A stretch of 42,949 nucleotides of DNA, from positions 1-42,949 of the forward strand of contig NMRA01001175.1 of assembly GCA_002633005.1 (NCBI GenBank). Direction: 5' to 3'. Below are positions 1 through 12,219 of the stretch, piece by piece. Numbering within the stretch: position 1 is the first letter of the stretch; every line of letters begins with the position of its first letter. The notes under the pieces were generated by a model. The model did not search any database. It was not told the DNA's origin and saw only the letters and a program-made list of their open reading frames with translations. Source of the DNA: Phoronis australis (lineage: Eukaryota; Animalia; Phoronida). The translations under genes and the position numbers were made by a program.

Positions 1-2
1 GT

Positions 3-380
3 TACACGGTGCAGTGCGCACTTCCGGTCAATTTATTCAACGAAAAGATCTTCCTGTTCCTCTGGTTCTGGCTAGTTCTAGTCGCCTTCCTCACGTGTTG
101 GGGAGTGTTGCCATGGATACTTACACTCTTCCGTAGGACTCGCATACAATACGTCAAGAAACATCTAAAGATGGCGGAGAAATACAACAAAAGTGACGCT
201 AAAATATACAAAGCGTTTACAGACAAGTATTTACGCCAAGATGGCGTATTCGTGTTGAGGATTATTAGTAAGAACACTAATGATATCATTATCTCAGAAA
301 TCATTGTTGCACTGTGGGACTATTTCAAAAAACACCGAAGAAGTTACCACCCCAACGCAAACGTTGAGCATGCAATATGA
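3..380 (+). CDS. inx: Innexin (gap junction/hemichannel subunit), 3' part; gene begins upstream of the window
   Basis: Frame from 3 reads YTVQCALPVNLFNEKIFLFLWFW (last EL2 Cys + TM4) ... YLRQDGVFVLRIISKN ... LWDYFKK, the conserved innexin C-terminal motifs. TGA at 378-380. Clear paralogue of 12220-13416. Confidence 0.95.
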   Translation, partial: YTVQCALPVNLFNEKIFLFLWFWLVLVAFLTCWGVLPWILTLFRRTRIQYVKKHLKMAEKYNKSDAKIYKAFTDKYLRQDGVFVLRIISKNTNDIIISEIIVALWDYFKKHRRSYHPNANVEHAI

Positions 381-3300
381 TTGTGTACGACTTAAATCCT
401 GTTAGTCAAACATGCAGAGATTTACAAAGCTTACAGAAATCTGTTCTCCTCACTTCAACGTCATTGAGGCATCTCTGTGTTGTCTCATACTGCGCGGTTG
501 AGTCAGTCTTAACTGATGTCACGATCGTGAATTTGGAACTGATTGACTGAGATTTGGCCTGGATCAATTCACGTGATACGTCGGGTGTGGATATATAGCT
601 GCCGAAAGATGGTTCTTCATAGGTCGTTCGTTACCTGGGAGTCAATATCCCCGGGATGCAATAAGTGGTGCTTCCAAACCTCGGTTCAATAACAGGTATT
701 GCGTGCGGTAAGCGATTCGATGCACTGTTAATCATTTAGGGCAATACTTACGTTGTGGTGGGCAGTGCTCATCGAGACGCATGTGTTCAGGAAATTTGTG
801 TGGCTTTCTACAATATCGTGGGTGTTACTAAGTTATAAAAAGTCTAGTCTAAATTATGAGAATGTCTAGTCGCACAGATTTGACGTTTATAGTGCTCATT
901 ACTGTTGAAATCATGGAGTATAGTAAATGGGCTGTCAACTCTGTGCATTCTCAATGCACAAAAAGTGTTAACTAGCGCACAAGCGATTGGCCGCCTCTAC
1001 GTCACTATTCATTAGCAGCGCCTAATGTCAATCACAGTTTTACTTCCGGCAAGTAAGTCGTCGGCTCACTAACCGGAAAGTGGCAACTTGTTAAACTGTT
1101 GTCTATGAGCTATGATGAAACTAATAAATGTACTATATAGTGACGTCAGTCGTATTTATATCCAATTACAGTGGTTTTTGTACGTCATCCAATCAGCCAG
1201 ACCTCTTCGTTTCATCAAGATGAAAAGAAAAAAGAAATGCTGGTGCTGTTTTTTAGAAAGTAAGACTTTCCTTTTCAGATGTCCCCAAATGCTTTTGGGG
1301 TGTTCAGATCAGCAGGCATGAATTATAATTGCACAATTAGGTTACGTCCACAGACTTATTATGTTACGGTTTTGTCAAATCTTGTAACCTGTATTCTTAA
1401 GCCAATTAGCAAAATGTAGGGAATGTCAATTTGTAAAAGTATACATTTTCTAAAAGTAGACGCATTGGGTATTCTGAAAATATGTTTGTTACAAGTCTGC
1501 CATTGTTATGTTCACGCCAATAGGCTTTTAAGTCAAAATTTAGTTTTTTTGGTAGGTACTTTCATAACAGAACGACCCATAGAATGATCTTAATCAAACC
1601 ATTTCTATTTAGAAACTTCACATTTGGCCTCCAAATCCTTGTTAGGATTTTTTGATTAGTTGCTTACTTTGAGTTTCAAACTAGATTAACTTATAAGAAT
1701 TGAACATGTCAATCAACGCAATACACGTAACAGCAGGTGTCTTATTAAATGGAAATACACGCCAAATTGAGAAACCCTAAAATCGTTTTGGAGATAGATA
1801 AACAAATAACAATAGTGGGAAGTTTCATTGAAGTTATGTAGTTTTTTTAGAATTCGTTTTCCTAATTTCAAACAATGTCGTTGGACAGGAGACGAGAAAA
1901 AGCGGCAAAGATTTAGGACCCATGAAATTCTCAAGGTTTATCCCATACCTTCGTTAAAGCAAGTTACCGATCAGTGCAAGTTACCTATTCGCTTACGTTG
2001 TTATTTAAGTCATTTTTTACCTTAAATGTCAATTGAATTCGCGTCACGTAATTAAATTAGTTAGATTGTCGGAGTCGTTGTTCAGAGTCTTGGCTCAATA
2101 TAGATCACGGGGAGAAGCTATCGTTTACAAATCAACAGTGCATTGTGAAAAATGGCGGCCATTGAATTCCAACTATAAACTTGGATTATAGAAACAGTAA
2201 AACTTAAAATGACAGATGAAATGAATGAATTTAGGTGAGGATTCAACCTTTTTTACACTTGCGTGCGCTTGTGAAAACAAAAGCGCTCGTCGCCGTCCAT
2301 CTGTAGTCGATGCATTATCATATGTTTCCGTCGTGAACGCTATTTTGATAGAACGTTTGAGTATCTTTAACTGCAATGAGAAAAAGTTCTGGAAGTTAAA
2401 GCAGTCGACACGTTTTGATAAATTACAAGCAATATTGCTCACAATCTGGGTTACTTAGGCGTCTTGCGTCTGCAACTCGTCACACTTCTACGTAATGCCT
2501 GGCGGAGTTTTTGAGTGACGGCTCTGTAACCATAGACATCGCAAAGACCGGGCGCACGCGCTCCTGCCGCTGACAACTTGACGCCATATTGGAGAGTGCT
2601 GCTAGTCACGGCTAATTGCCGTGTAAACAAACGGGGCAAATTGTCCTTTTCAAAGCGCGATATCTAACAAATAAAGATTGCGAAGAAAGTGATTTTTTCC
2701 AGAGACATACAAAAACATGTGATGCAGCACTTACAAGCTTTTTTTAAGATTTAATCAGTCGATAGGGAAATATCAAACTATTAGAAGATCGCTGTGGAGG
2801 AATACCGCAGACACTACCCATGATATCTGCAATCCCCGTGTTAAAGTATTAACTGGAGGAGGCCAAAATAAAACCAAAAATGTCGACTCGGTCTCAACAG
2901 ATAGGGCTTTGAAATTCCCGTCATCTCCTAGATTCTCATTCCACGTGACCACGAAGTGCAACTTTACGCTCCATCGCATATGGCTTCATGTTGTGATAAA
3001 GACGCTGCAAATGGCAAAGACATAGTTGGTACTCAGCACTTTTGTTGGACCTGGCCTTGAAAACTCAGCTCTGGGAGCTCCAATTACTCTGGTTAACAGG
3101 GTGAGCAAATTCAACTTTTCATCTTCACGACAATGGCCACTGCAACCGAACGGATACTTTAAAACACGAACAAAGGTTCTCCAAATTTGCAGAATTCACT
3201 CCTAAGCCACCGTAAGCATGCAATTACAATGAACTGAGAGAGCACATTCAGACTGTCAAACCTCTTCAGATTATAAAAATCAGGTGGAAAGTGGGTGTCG

Positions 3301-4784
3301 ACCAACCAGATTTCCTATAAACCCAGGGTATCTGAAGGCCAAGGGTACCTGAATTTAGTGCTTAGTTTCAATTTCCCCCTTGCAAGCCAAACAAAAAGGA
3401 AATCAATGATCAACAACTAGCGTTCCTTCAATCAGAACAGTAAATTCCATCCGTAGCTTTCACGTGGAGCACAACCTAGCAGACGTGAAACTGGGGGACG
3501 TAAATGATTCAACCGTGGCTCAAAACTATTGGTTGCCTCCATCACATCAGTAATTTTTTTACGTGGACACCGTGCGCATGCCCAACACTTATGTGTTAAA
3601 ATCATTTATTTCATATCAAAATACATCAAAAAAAAACCAACCTCACCAGTAGACCAGCCGACTTTTTCACAGTACTACCTTTCGTAGCACTGTGAAAAAG
3701 TGTAGTGCCACATCCGCGCTTCCCTGATGGTTCATAGCATTGTGAAATGTTGTTTATCACGGCAACTCATTGGTTAAAGTAATGAAACCGACGTCATCAC
3801 ATTCACCCATTGCCATTGGGTTGAAATCTGGGAAACACCTTTGACTTGAATAGTTACAATTAATTAAAACGGGTAGTGATCGAAGTAAACAAAATCAAGG
3901 AAACCCCGATCCGTAGCAAAGCCCAAACACTTACAGTGTATTGAAGACGTGTGCGATGTGAGCGATAAACTTCCGACCAAGCATGCGCATTGATGCCCAC
4001 GCACGGAATTGCGTGTGTCGTTCATCATGTTTCCACAGGGCCACATTTCAGTATAAATGACACTGCGTTAGAGGGTAATGTGGCACACGCTTGTAGATGA
4101 AACCCGCGTGTTGGTGGACATGGAACACTAGCCCTGGGTTCTCGTTCATACATCACACTCATGTCCGTGGAGCTAAGAACCTTTCAATTGGAGTCGTGTT
4201 TCATTTATAATTTTTTCGTTTTTGTTATATTGATATCACCGTTGTAATACGACTGAAGTGCTATATAAAGATTAAAGGTTTAATGATGCTGACCATGCAG
4301 TCACTTGTCAGAACAAGGCAGACGGTCGGTTTTTTAAAATCACTTAAAACCTTTGAAAAGGGATGGGAGAATGCCATTTACTGTGATATTCGTTTCATCA
4401 TTGCTTGCCTGTATCTGTGTTCTAAAGAATTAATGTAATTACTGGGCGTTTGACTTCTACACTGGTTTCTACAAGTACAAAATTGTATCCGTGGACATAA
4501 CGGATATCACTTTTACTTATTACGAAATGGCAAATCTTGTCAAGGCTAAACTTCAAAACTACAATATGTCGTAACTGACAATAAGTGTAAAAATTCCGAC
4601 GGCCTTTTTAATTAGGACAACTAAAGAACGCCGAGCTCTTACTAATTGTCTCTTGAAAGAAATAAAATAACGCAACGTCACACCTTAGTCTTGTCTTCCA
4701 GACAGAATGTCAAATACGTCTCACTTGGTTTTTATTCATAAATACTGTATTTTGTTCATTGTTGTCAAGATGCAAGCGTCTTGC

Positions 4785-5570
4785 TGTACACGGTCTAAAC
4801 ATATCCAGACAGTATGAGCCGTGTGCGCAGGCAGAAAGTCAATCTACATCCACACAATAATAGACTACAAGAGCTGGGCACAGACACACAGCCAAACGAC
4901 ATACAGAGGTTCGTTTTATGAAAACTGGCTTGAAACAGAAATTAAGTCGCTTTTGGCGTAGTTGAGCATACAAACTACGATTTCGCCACCTGTTGCGAAT
5001 TCACAAAACTAAGCGAGGCAGGGAGAGAAATGCGGTTTCAAGAATAATATTGGTCTTGAAACTATAAATGAGGATTTTATTTACATTTTGGATACAATTA
5101 GGATCTCGTTTGCTTGAGAAGACCCTGATATGACCAAAGGCGAATAAATACAGTTTCAGGTATGGCTGGAAAATATCATTTCACATGTGGCGGTAAGTTG
5201 CACTGCATTGCCTCTAAGACCTTTGCTGGTTCATGGAAAGGGCCCCAGAAAGCATGGGATGTGCACAGACGCACAGTCGAACGACATCCAGAAAGTACGA
5301 GATGTGCACAGGCAAAAAGCCAACCAAGACCCAGACAGCACGAGACGTGCATACACAGCCAAACGACATCATTCAAACAGCACAAGACGTGCATAGTGAC
5401 AGTCAACGACATTCAAACAGCACGAGATGTTCACAGACAAAAAGTCAAAAAAATACAGACATCACGATTTTTTTCAAAGGCTAGCAGCTAACTGAAACCC
5501 ACAGAGCAAGAGCTGTACACAAGGCACACAGTTAACCTGCATCTAGACTACACGTGCTGTGTACAGACGC
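4785..5570. repeat. Degenerate ~40-bp minisatellite, interrupted by unrelated sequence at ~4910-5255
   Basis: Recurring units like GATGTGCACAGAC..CAGCCAAACGACAT(T/C)CA(G/A)ACAGCACGA at 4790-4908 and 5258-5570. They explain the repetitive ORFs at 5162-5491. Confidence 0.7.
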
Positions 5571-5581
5571 ATTTAGGAGGG

Positions 5582-5632
5582 CTCGCTGGTTCCTTGCGTG
5601 TCCGCTAGGGGGACAGGCAGGGAACCAGCGAG
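5582..5632. repeat. GC-rich hairpin, 22-bp stem / 7-nt loop
   Basis: CTCGCTGGTTCCTTGCGTGTCC (5582-5603) pairs with GGACAGGCAGGGAACCAGCGAG (5611-5632) with one G-T wobble and one mismatch. Confidence 0.85.
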
Positions 5633-5651
5633 TTACGTGGCAGCCTCGTCC

Positions 5652-6060
5652 CCAAGCCTCAAGATGGCGATGATGGGTATAGCCATTTTGAGGCTTGGTT
5701 ATGGGAAATACCTTCTGCACAATCATTGGTCGCTGTCTTGACGTTACTAAAACAAAGGCAGACTTTAATTATTTTAACATGTGTTGTTGCTGGCATTCAT
5801 GAAGCAGAGGACATTGTTTTGGTTATTGTTTGAAATAAAGGTTGTACTTATTTTCAATCCTTCTTTATCAATGATATGATAGAAATAAATCTGTTGTCGC
5901 GGAATTAAAATACATTATTTTTGCAATAATTTAGACCCAAATTGCTGCAATATGCCGTTAGTTTTCATACTGCAGAAAATTTAAAGTTGATATAACTACA
6001 TTTCATTTCTCGTGACCAAGCCTCAAATGGCTAAACCGATCAGCGTCATCTTGAGGCTGG
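5652..6060. mobile_element. MITE-like element with ~50-bp imperfect terminal inverted repeats
   Basis: 5652-5700 CCAAGCCTCAAGATGGCGATGATGGGTATAGCCATTTTGAGGCTTGGTT matches the reverse complement of 6012-6060. AT-rich non-coding interior. A further copy of the motif lies at ~38918-38955. Confidence 0.7.
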
Positions 6061-8593
6061 TACCCGCGAGTAGAGAATCGACCACTGGTATCTTGTAGCA
6101 AAGCGCACCCTATCGGCGATAATTTTAGCTACTAGAAGGTCCCACAATGTGAGTCAAACCTGTTCTTTTGAAAAAGTTACTGAACTCTGCCCTGGGCACT
6201 AACATATCCACGGGGCTCACAATGGGGCCGTCCGCCCCTTCTCTGGCTACATAACATGTATATCTCTATTATATACATGTAGGAATCCATGCTTCTGTGA
6301 ACGACTGTACTAAGTAACCCTAAAACGAATTGTACAAAGAAGTAGTCACCCCCTTTAAAAATAAAACATACACGGGGAGTTTGTTTACCATTGACGGATA
6401 CATGCTGCCGGGGTGACTTGACACGTGACTACTCAGTATTGCGGGACATTTAAATGACAATGCGTCGACTGGTCATTCAGCGAGCAGCTGTACACTCTTG
6501 AGGTCCAGTCTCGAAGGTCGTCAAATCAAGGTAAGGATATTTTTGATAATCATTTTATTTTGGAAATTTTATGATAAGAAATGTTTTTTCTGTGTTGTTG
6601 CTAGTGTCGTTTCAAAATTGTCAAAATGTAGATATTGGTATTTATTATTTAGCGCGACACCATGTGAAAAGCCTTTTTATCAAATTCTCATGACACCTGG
6701 TAATTATTGTCGCGGAATATTCTGCCGTACACGTCAGAACACCGTTCTCGCTTAAATTAAAAGCAGGTACTGAAGAACTATTTGAAGATGTTCATTTCTA
6801 AACATTGCTATCTACAAATACACTATGTCTGTGCAAACTGCACACAGTTCCTACTGGGATAGATATCGTGCAGGAAAGTAATCACTGGAAACAGTTTTTG
6901 AAAATAGATGCAGTTTATAATTGTTTGCTTTAAAGAAGTTTCGAAGTTTACTTTGTGCGTGTTTTATCTTGAAAATGTACAAATATCTTTGCTCTCACAT
7001 CCTGGTTAATTTCCACATGGCAGAGTGCCGTCAATTCTTAAAAGCACAAGAAATCCGGCCAATAGTATTTATTGCAGAAGTTGACAATAAGATACTCTTT
7101 TCGGCAAGGGATTCAGGCATTATGTTCTTGCAGGACAAGCACGCCAATATTTGTTCTAAAGCTAACCTTTTCTTGGTGCTGAAACAAAGGATGTTTGTGG
7201 TCACGTCCGCAGGCTGCTTGGTAATCCCCAGTTACTCGGTGCTGTAGCGTGTGACTGAATACCCCGCTGTTGGACTTCCTAATTATCTTCCGCCCCAGTC
7301 AATAGATGTTTGGTCTAATATCTGCTCCAGTGCTTAGCCACCTGTCCGCTCGGTAAAGCTACGTGACCAAACCAGTTTCAGTGGTTGATACTTGTCACGT
7401 TGGTGATGGGTTCCCGAGTTCAGGAACATGGAATCGAGAGGTGTTTCCTGATGCTGCTGCATAATAACTTTTGAATGTGAAGTAGGTAAAATTCGTCATG
7501 GTGACAAAGGAAATTAGTTGTTAGTCGAAATATTATTGAAAATCGAATCTCTGGCACATTTGCCAAGATTTATGGTCCAAATAGAGTGATTCCACATCAT
7601 TTTTTGCGAAACGTAACGGAGTGAACAATTCAATAAATAACGTTTATAATCTTCAGATGAACAAACTTTAGCTTTTAAATTTGTTGAAAGTGTTGATAAC
7701 CGAAGAGTTTCAAAAAGATTCGGGAAAAGTTAACGATGCGCCCCTTTTTTATGAAGTGTGACGGAGGGGACCAATAAAATTGCAAATTTTGGACTTGGAA
7801 CATACAGTGCAGTGTACACTTACTAAAGAACTGTAAATACATTCGATGACTAATCTAAATGATGTCATGTGACGTTGATGCCGAACTTTACACACTTTGC
7901 GTTTCGGGGTAAACCCAGAAAGACTGAACCCATATGACGTAACAGAGGGGATATTTTTATCTCATTGACGAAAAATTTTGGATTTAATCGAAACACATGT
8001 GCACGATAACGGACCCTGGCAGTCATACATTACGCCACCAGAAGCGTCACAAACGTGCTATAAATATTACATTTTAAAACTAAAACAATGAAATGTGATT
8101 CTGTGTTACATATTCTGATTTTTACAGCTGGAGTCCCTTCATGAAAAGTGACTTTTTAAAGTCTTTTATTTGGTCTTTTGCTCCCAAGAACTATTTCCAA
8201 AAATATAGTTTAACCTCGCTTTAGCAAAAGAACAAATTATCTGAAATAGGTCCATAGTTGTTATCTACTGATAAAAATGTGCAAATTATTTCCAGTCAGG
8301 GATGTTCTATAAATTACTTGATTGAATCTTTAGTTGGCAGTTGTAAAGAGGGAGCGTAAGGCCAAATTTCTTTCTTAAGTCATTTTTCATGAATCAAACC
8401 CCTGGAGGAATAATGATGTACATCGTTCGAATAGATCATAATAAATGTTACATTTTTAAAATGAAAACGGTGAAACGTAATTCTCATAAACAACACAGTG
8501 TGCACAGACTGCGCTGAATGATAGGACGAGAACGTGTCTTGTGACAGTCCCAAGCATGCAGGCAGTTTGAGCACTAGGAGCAAGATGACATCA

Positions 8594-8630
8594 TGAACTC
8601 TCCTTGGACATCATGTCCAAGGAGAGTTCA
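8594..8630. repeat. Perfect palindrome, 18-bp arms, 1-nt spacer
   Basis: TGAACTCTCCTTGGACAT-C-ATGTCCAAGGAGAGTTCA. Confidence 0.95.
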
Positions 8631-8796
8631 AAGATTTTTTTACTGTTTTCATATATTGATACCAGTTCAAAGTATGTGAGAATAGTGATCATTTTGTGGT
8701 TACATTTATACACCAAACAGGTTATAAGAACTTGATGAATACTGCGAACATCTAATTATAAATTAGCTTTATACCTACATCATAAACGTTTATAAT

Positions 8797-8918
8797 TCTT
8801 ATTTGAACACTTGGCATTATATCTTATTTGAACACTTGGCATTATATCTTATTTGAACACTTGGCATTATATCTTATTTGAACACTTGGCATTATATCTT
8901 ATTTGAAGACTTGGCATT
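8797..8918. repeat. 25-bp tandem repeat, ~4.9 copies
   Basis: Unit TCTTATTTGAACACTTGGCATTATA starting at 8797, 8822, 8847, 8872 and 8897, with no spacers. Confidence 0.95.
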
Positions 8919-10470
8919 TTTGTGGGATCCTTGTGTACAATTCAAAATTCTTCCTTATGCAGAACTCGTTATGATGTTTGGTAAATTATTTCATCGATTC
9001 CCACAATATCATGCAAACGATAAGTAGAGATTTGAAACGAAACCAATTTCTCTGCTGCGAAGAACTGGAGTTCCCCGTGGCCGGGGGGTACTTTCATAGG
9101 TTGCGCATATGCGACGTGTCTCTCGAATTAACGTGCTTCTCATGGCGGTGCCTTTTGCCAATTTATTTTCTTTGCGAAAAAGTTCACTCTATTTTCGCTC
9201 GCCAGCTTAATTTGAAAAATTTTGTATTTGCCCGCATATTTATATAGGTAAGGTTATCTCTGTCCGGCATCAAGTGCCAAGTGTCTGTTCCTCCGGGGCC
9301 CGCGATCGTTGTCAAATTTGACCAATATACATGAATTCATATGAACGCGACGGATGACGACAATCGGCGGATCCGACAACCTTAGTTACGATACTACAGC
9401 CTCTCTATATTCGGAGTTTTGTGGCGGATTTTCTTGCAATGGCAAATGACGTTCTAAGTTTGTCAGTTGTTTTGCAAGTTTTCTCTAGTAAAAGAAACAA
9501 TTTTAAATGTGACGATTTATTACTTCAAAAAAGATAACAAAGATGAAAACAAGGGTAACTTTTCATTGAACTTGTATTATCTCCTGGAAATAGTTAAATA
9601 ACAACAATATTTGATGTTGTAGTTACCGAGGAATCGGCGCCTGAGTTGCAGACGATAAAATATTTTTAACAAATGAAAACTGAGACAGAACTGTCATATA
9701 GTTAGCAGTCCTGTTCCAAATGTAACGACTGAGACCTGGTTACATGTTGAGTGTTATTTACACTGCTAAGCAATTGTATTACGTTAAAACTATTTTCCGA
9801 AAGTTTTGTGATCGAACTGGCCAACGGCGTCGAGTCGATATTGACCTACCTCTTTAACTTTCCATGTATGACTAGGTCACTGTTGAAGTAGTGCGGGAGG
9901 TGAATACGGAAAACCATATTACATGGCTGTATTTCCCTCGACAGATTCAGCGCGTATGGGATAAAATGTAATAACTTAATGAAACAATTACAGATTTTCA
10001 CACTTTGTCTATAGGTGGGTTTTATACCCCAAAGTGTGATAATGTCCGAGGCGAAGCTTCAAAAGCAATGACAAGTCTGATACTGTGCTCCATTTCTTCT
10101 GTTTCACTGATTCGTAAATTGTCTCTTTGTCGAACTGCTCTTGAATGGACTAAACGAAATGTCGTCGATTTACTGGTTATGTTGTCTGCAAGTTGTTTGT
10201 GAGCAGACTCGCGCAACAATAGCATAGCTGCACAGGATAATTCACTCAGCGAGTGCCCCATAGACAATACATTAGCCACTGCGTGACACACAGCACACCA
10301 GTGTGTACAGCTCGGCACACACTATGAAATATTGGCCGCCATGTCACTGGAGATTAGAGCGCAGAAAGACATCTTTTTGTTCTATTAACAGGAACTGTTC
10401 CAAAACTGAAGAAACAAACAATAATGATTATCAAACAATTTGATTTTATCAACTTCAAGGTTTTCCAGTT

Positions 10471-10536
10471 AGGTTTTAAAAACTTAAACTATTGTTTTAC
10501 GCAGGTTTTAAAAACTTAAACTATTGTTTTACGCAG
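10471..10536. repeat. 32-bp exact tandem duplication
   Basis: AGGTTTTAAAAACTTAAACTATTGTTTTACGC at 10471 and 10503. Confidence 0.9.
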
Positions 10537-11326
10537 TATCTCCTTGACTGTTATGTCTGTAATTCTTCACAAGACTTTATAATGTTACTTACATCATCGT
10601 GATAAAATTTCCTGTCGTTTAGTATCTTATGTGTCTCTAGCACTTTCTTTCTGTATTTTGACATGAAATATTCATCTCGGCACAAAAACGGGCGTTTTGA
10701 CTACACTTCACAGGATTCTCGCCAAGATGCCTGGTTGTACCCAGAGGGCGCTAGTTGTGCTCCGTGCATGCGCCTGGCGGAGAAGTGAACTGCACTGAAT
10801 AACGCGTTAACGATTTAATTCACTACTTGCACGCATTCGCTATTACGCTTGAAAACATGGTGTTGTGTCCAACCTACAATGCTTCTGCATGTTTGGAAAA
10901 CTAGGCATTATGCCCTAAACAATAGTGCACAGCAACCATTTTTTGCAACGCCACCAAGTAGTGAACTGATCATGATAAGGGACTATAACACCGTTTGCAC
11001 ACAATTGCACATTGTTATGGAATTCGACGTCCTGTACTTCATTTTTGCAACTTCTGAAATTTAAGAGTGTTAGACTCATTCCATGACCAGTATTTCCGAA
11101 TATATTTTGTAATTATCTCCTTTGAGAATAAACGGGCTGGTGAACATGCAGTCTCAAATTGTACGCCACAACCCGTCGTCGAATGGAAATGAGCGCAGTA
11201 GGTGATATAAACATGGGGAGACATAGTCTTAGAAAACCTCATTCTGTACTTTGTCATTATAATTCTGAGGTTTAACTCTGATGGCTTTGATTTCGTTTTA
11301 ACCATCCATTGGTAGATTCTTTTAAG

Positions 11327-11366
11327 AGGCAAATAAGAGGCAATTAAAATTGCCTCTTATTTGCCT
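11327..11366. repeat. Perfect palindrome, 19-bp arms, 2-nt spacer
   Basis: AGGCAAATAAGAGGCAATT-AA-AATTGCCTCTTATTTGCCT. Confidence 0.95.
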
Positions 11367-11461
11367 AAAATTGGTGTTCGGCAGTCGCATCAGGGTTGGT
11401 TTGTGAGCAACAAGACCAAAAATTTGATTTTGTATTGGGTTCAAGAGTTTTAGAGCTATTT

Positions 11462-11842
11462 TCAAATTGGAACTTGCAGGCTAATTCCTTATTTATTTGA
11501 TTGCTTACCAAACTAGTTAGAAACACAGCGTATAGCGACGATGTGAATATGAAGTACTAGGTTGAAAATTAGCAAATGCTTTTAAGAACGAGTTTTGTGT
11601 TGTGAATGATCCGTCGCAAATCACTCAATCTTGTCCAGTAAGTATCGTGACGTGATGATGGGGATAACACTGCATGACGCGGGCTATATGATCTCGTGAG
11701 GTACGTCATTAGTGCAAAGATCACCTATTTGCATATTTTTTTGATTTCACATTTACAAGATGTCAACGAGTACAACTGCACTTTGCTTGACGTAGATTAT
11801 GTTAAAACAGTATTGTCATTGAGTTCCTGCTGTGCATTAGCT
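11462..11842 (+). repeat. Dispersed repeat family A, copy 1 (inverted relative to 36082-36456)
   Basis: Shared blocks such as TATAGCGACGATGTGAATATGAAGTA, TTTTAAGAACGAGTTTTGTG and GAGGTACGTCATTAGTGCAAA occur collinearly as reverse complements at 36082-36456. Confidence 0.85.
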
Positions 11843-12199
11843 TAATTAGAAACACACAAATACATCCTTAAATCATGGATGATAAATCAATGTAGTGTCC
11901 CTCTGCAGTTGGGTGTGTCCACCACCTCGTTTAGCCTAAACCGATAAACAGAAAGCTGTTAATTCTCTGCTTACCAAATTATCTTTACAATTGGGAACGG
12001 CTGCCAAATGCTAAAACCTAATTTCTGTTTGCTTGGAAGTATCGAAATTTGGAAAAATGTCTAATATTGTAAAATGATGCCCGAACGTTTCCAGACAAGG
12101 TAGTCATATTTATCAGTCGGGAACAAATGTGTTGCTGTACCTGTGCTTGTATTATACTTCTCAAACATAATGTATCCTTTGGTTGGAGTTTAATTGAAA

Positions 12200-12218
12200 T
12201 TCCTTGTTTATGTTGCAG
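12200..12218 (+). promoter_or_regulatory. Probable splice acceptor of a 5'-UTR intron, 1 nt before the innexin ATG
   Basis: Pyrimidine-rich tract TTCCTTGTTTATGTTGCAG|C-ATG. The upstream in-frame extension (MCCCTC...) is not innexin-like. Confidence 0.65.
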
Positions 12219-12219
12219 C

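Noticed and set aside
378-384. Stop-codon readthrough of the innexins (both end TGA-TT)
   Set aside because: Not the leaky TGA-CTAG context, and the downstream sequences are not conserved between paralogues.
5162-5491. Repetitive ORFs in several frames
   Set aside because: By-product of a minisatellite; open on both strands with no domain.
8797-8918. CRISPR-like repeat array (also 42848-42949)
   Set aside because: Units are contiguous with no unique spacers, there are no cas genes, and the context is eukaryotic.
10290-10343. Minus-strand MAANIS*CVPSCT as another THAP start
   Set aside because: No following FP/W/CxxHF motifs recognised.
12127-12219. Cys-rich N-terminal extension of the innexin ORF (MCCCTCAC...)
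   Set aside because: Not innexin-like and ends in a splice-acceptor-like sequence just before ATG 12220; probably intron.
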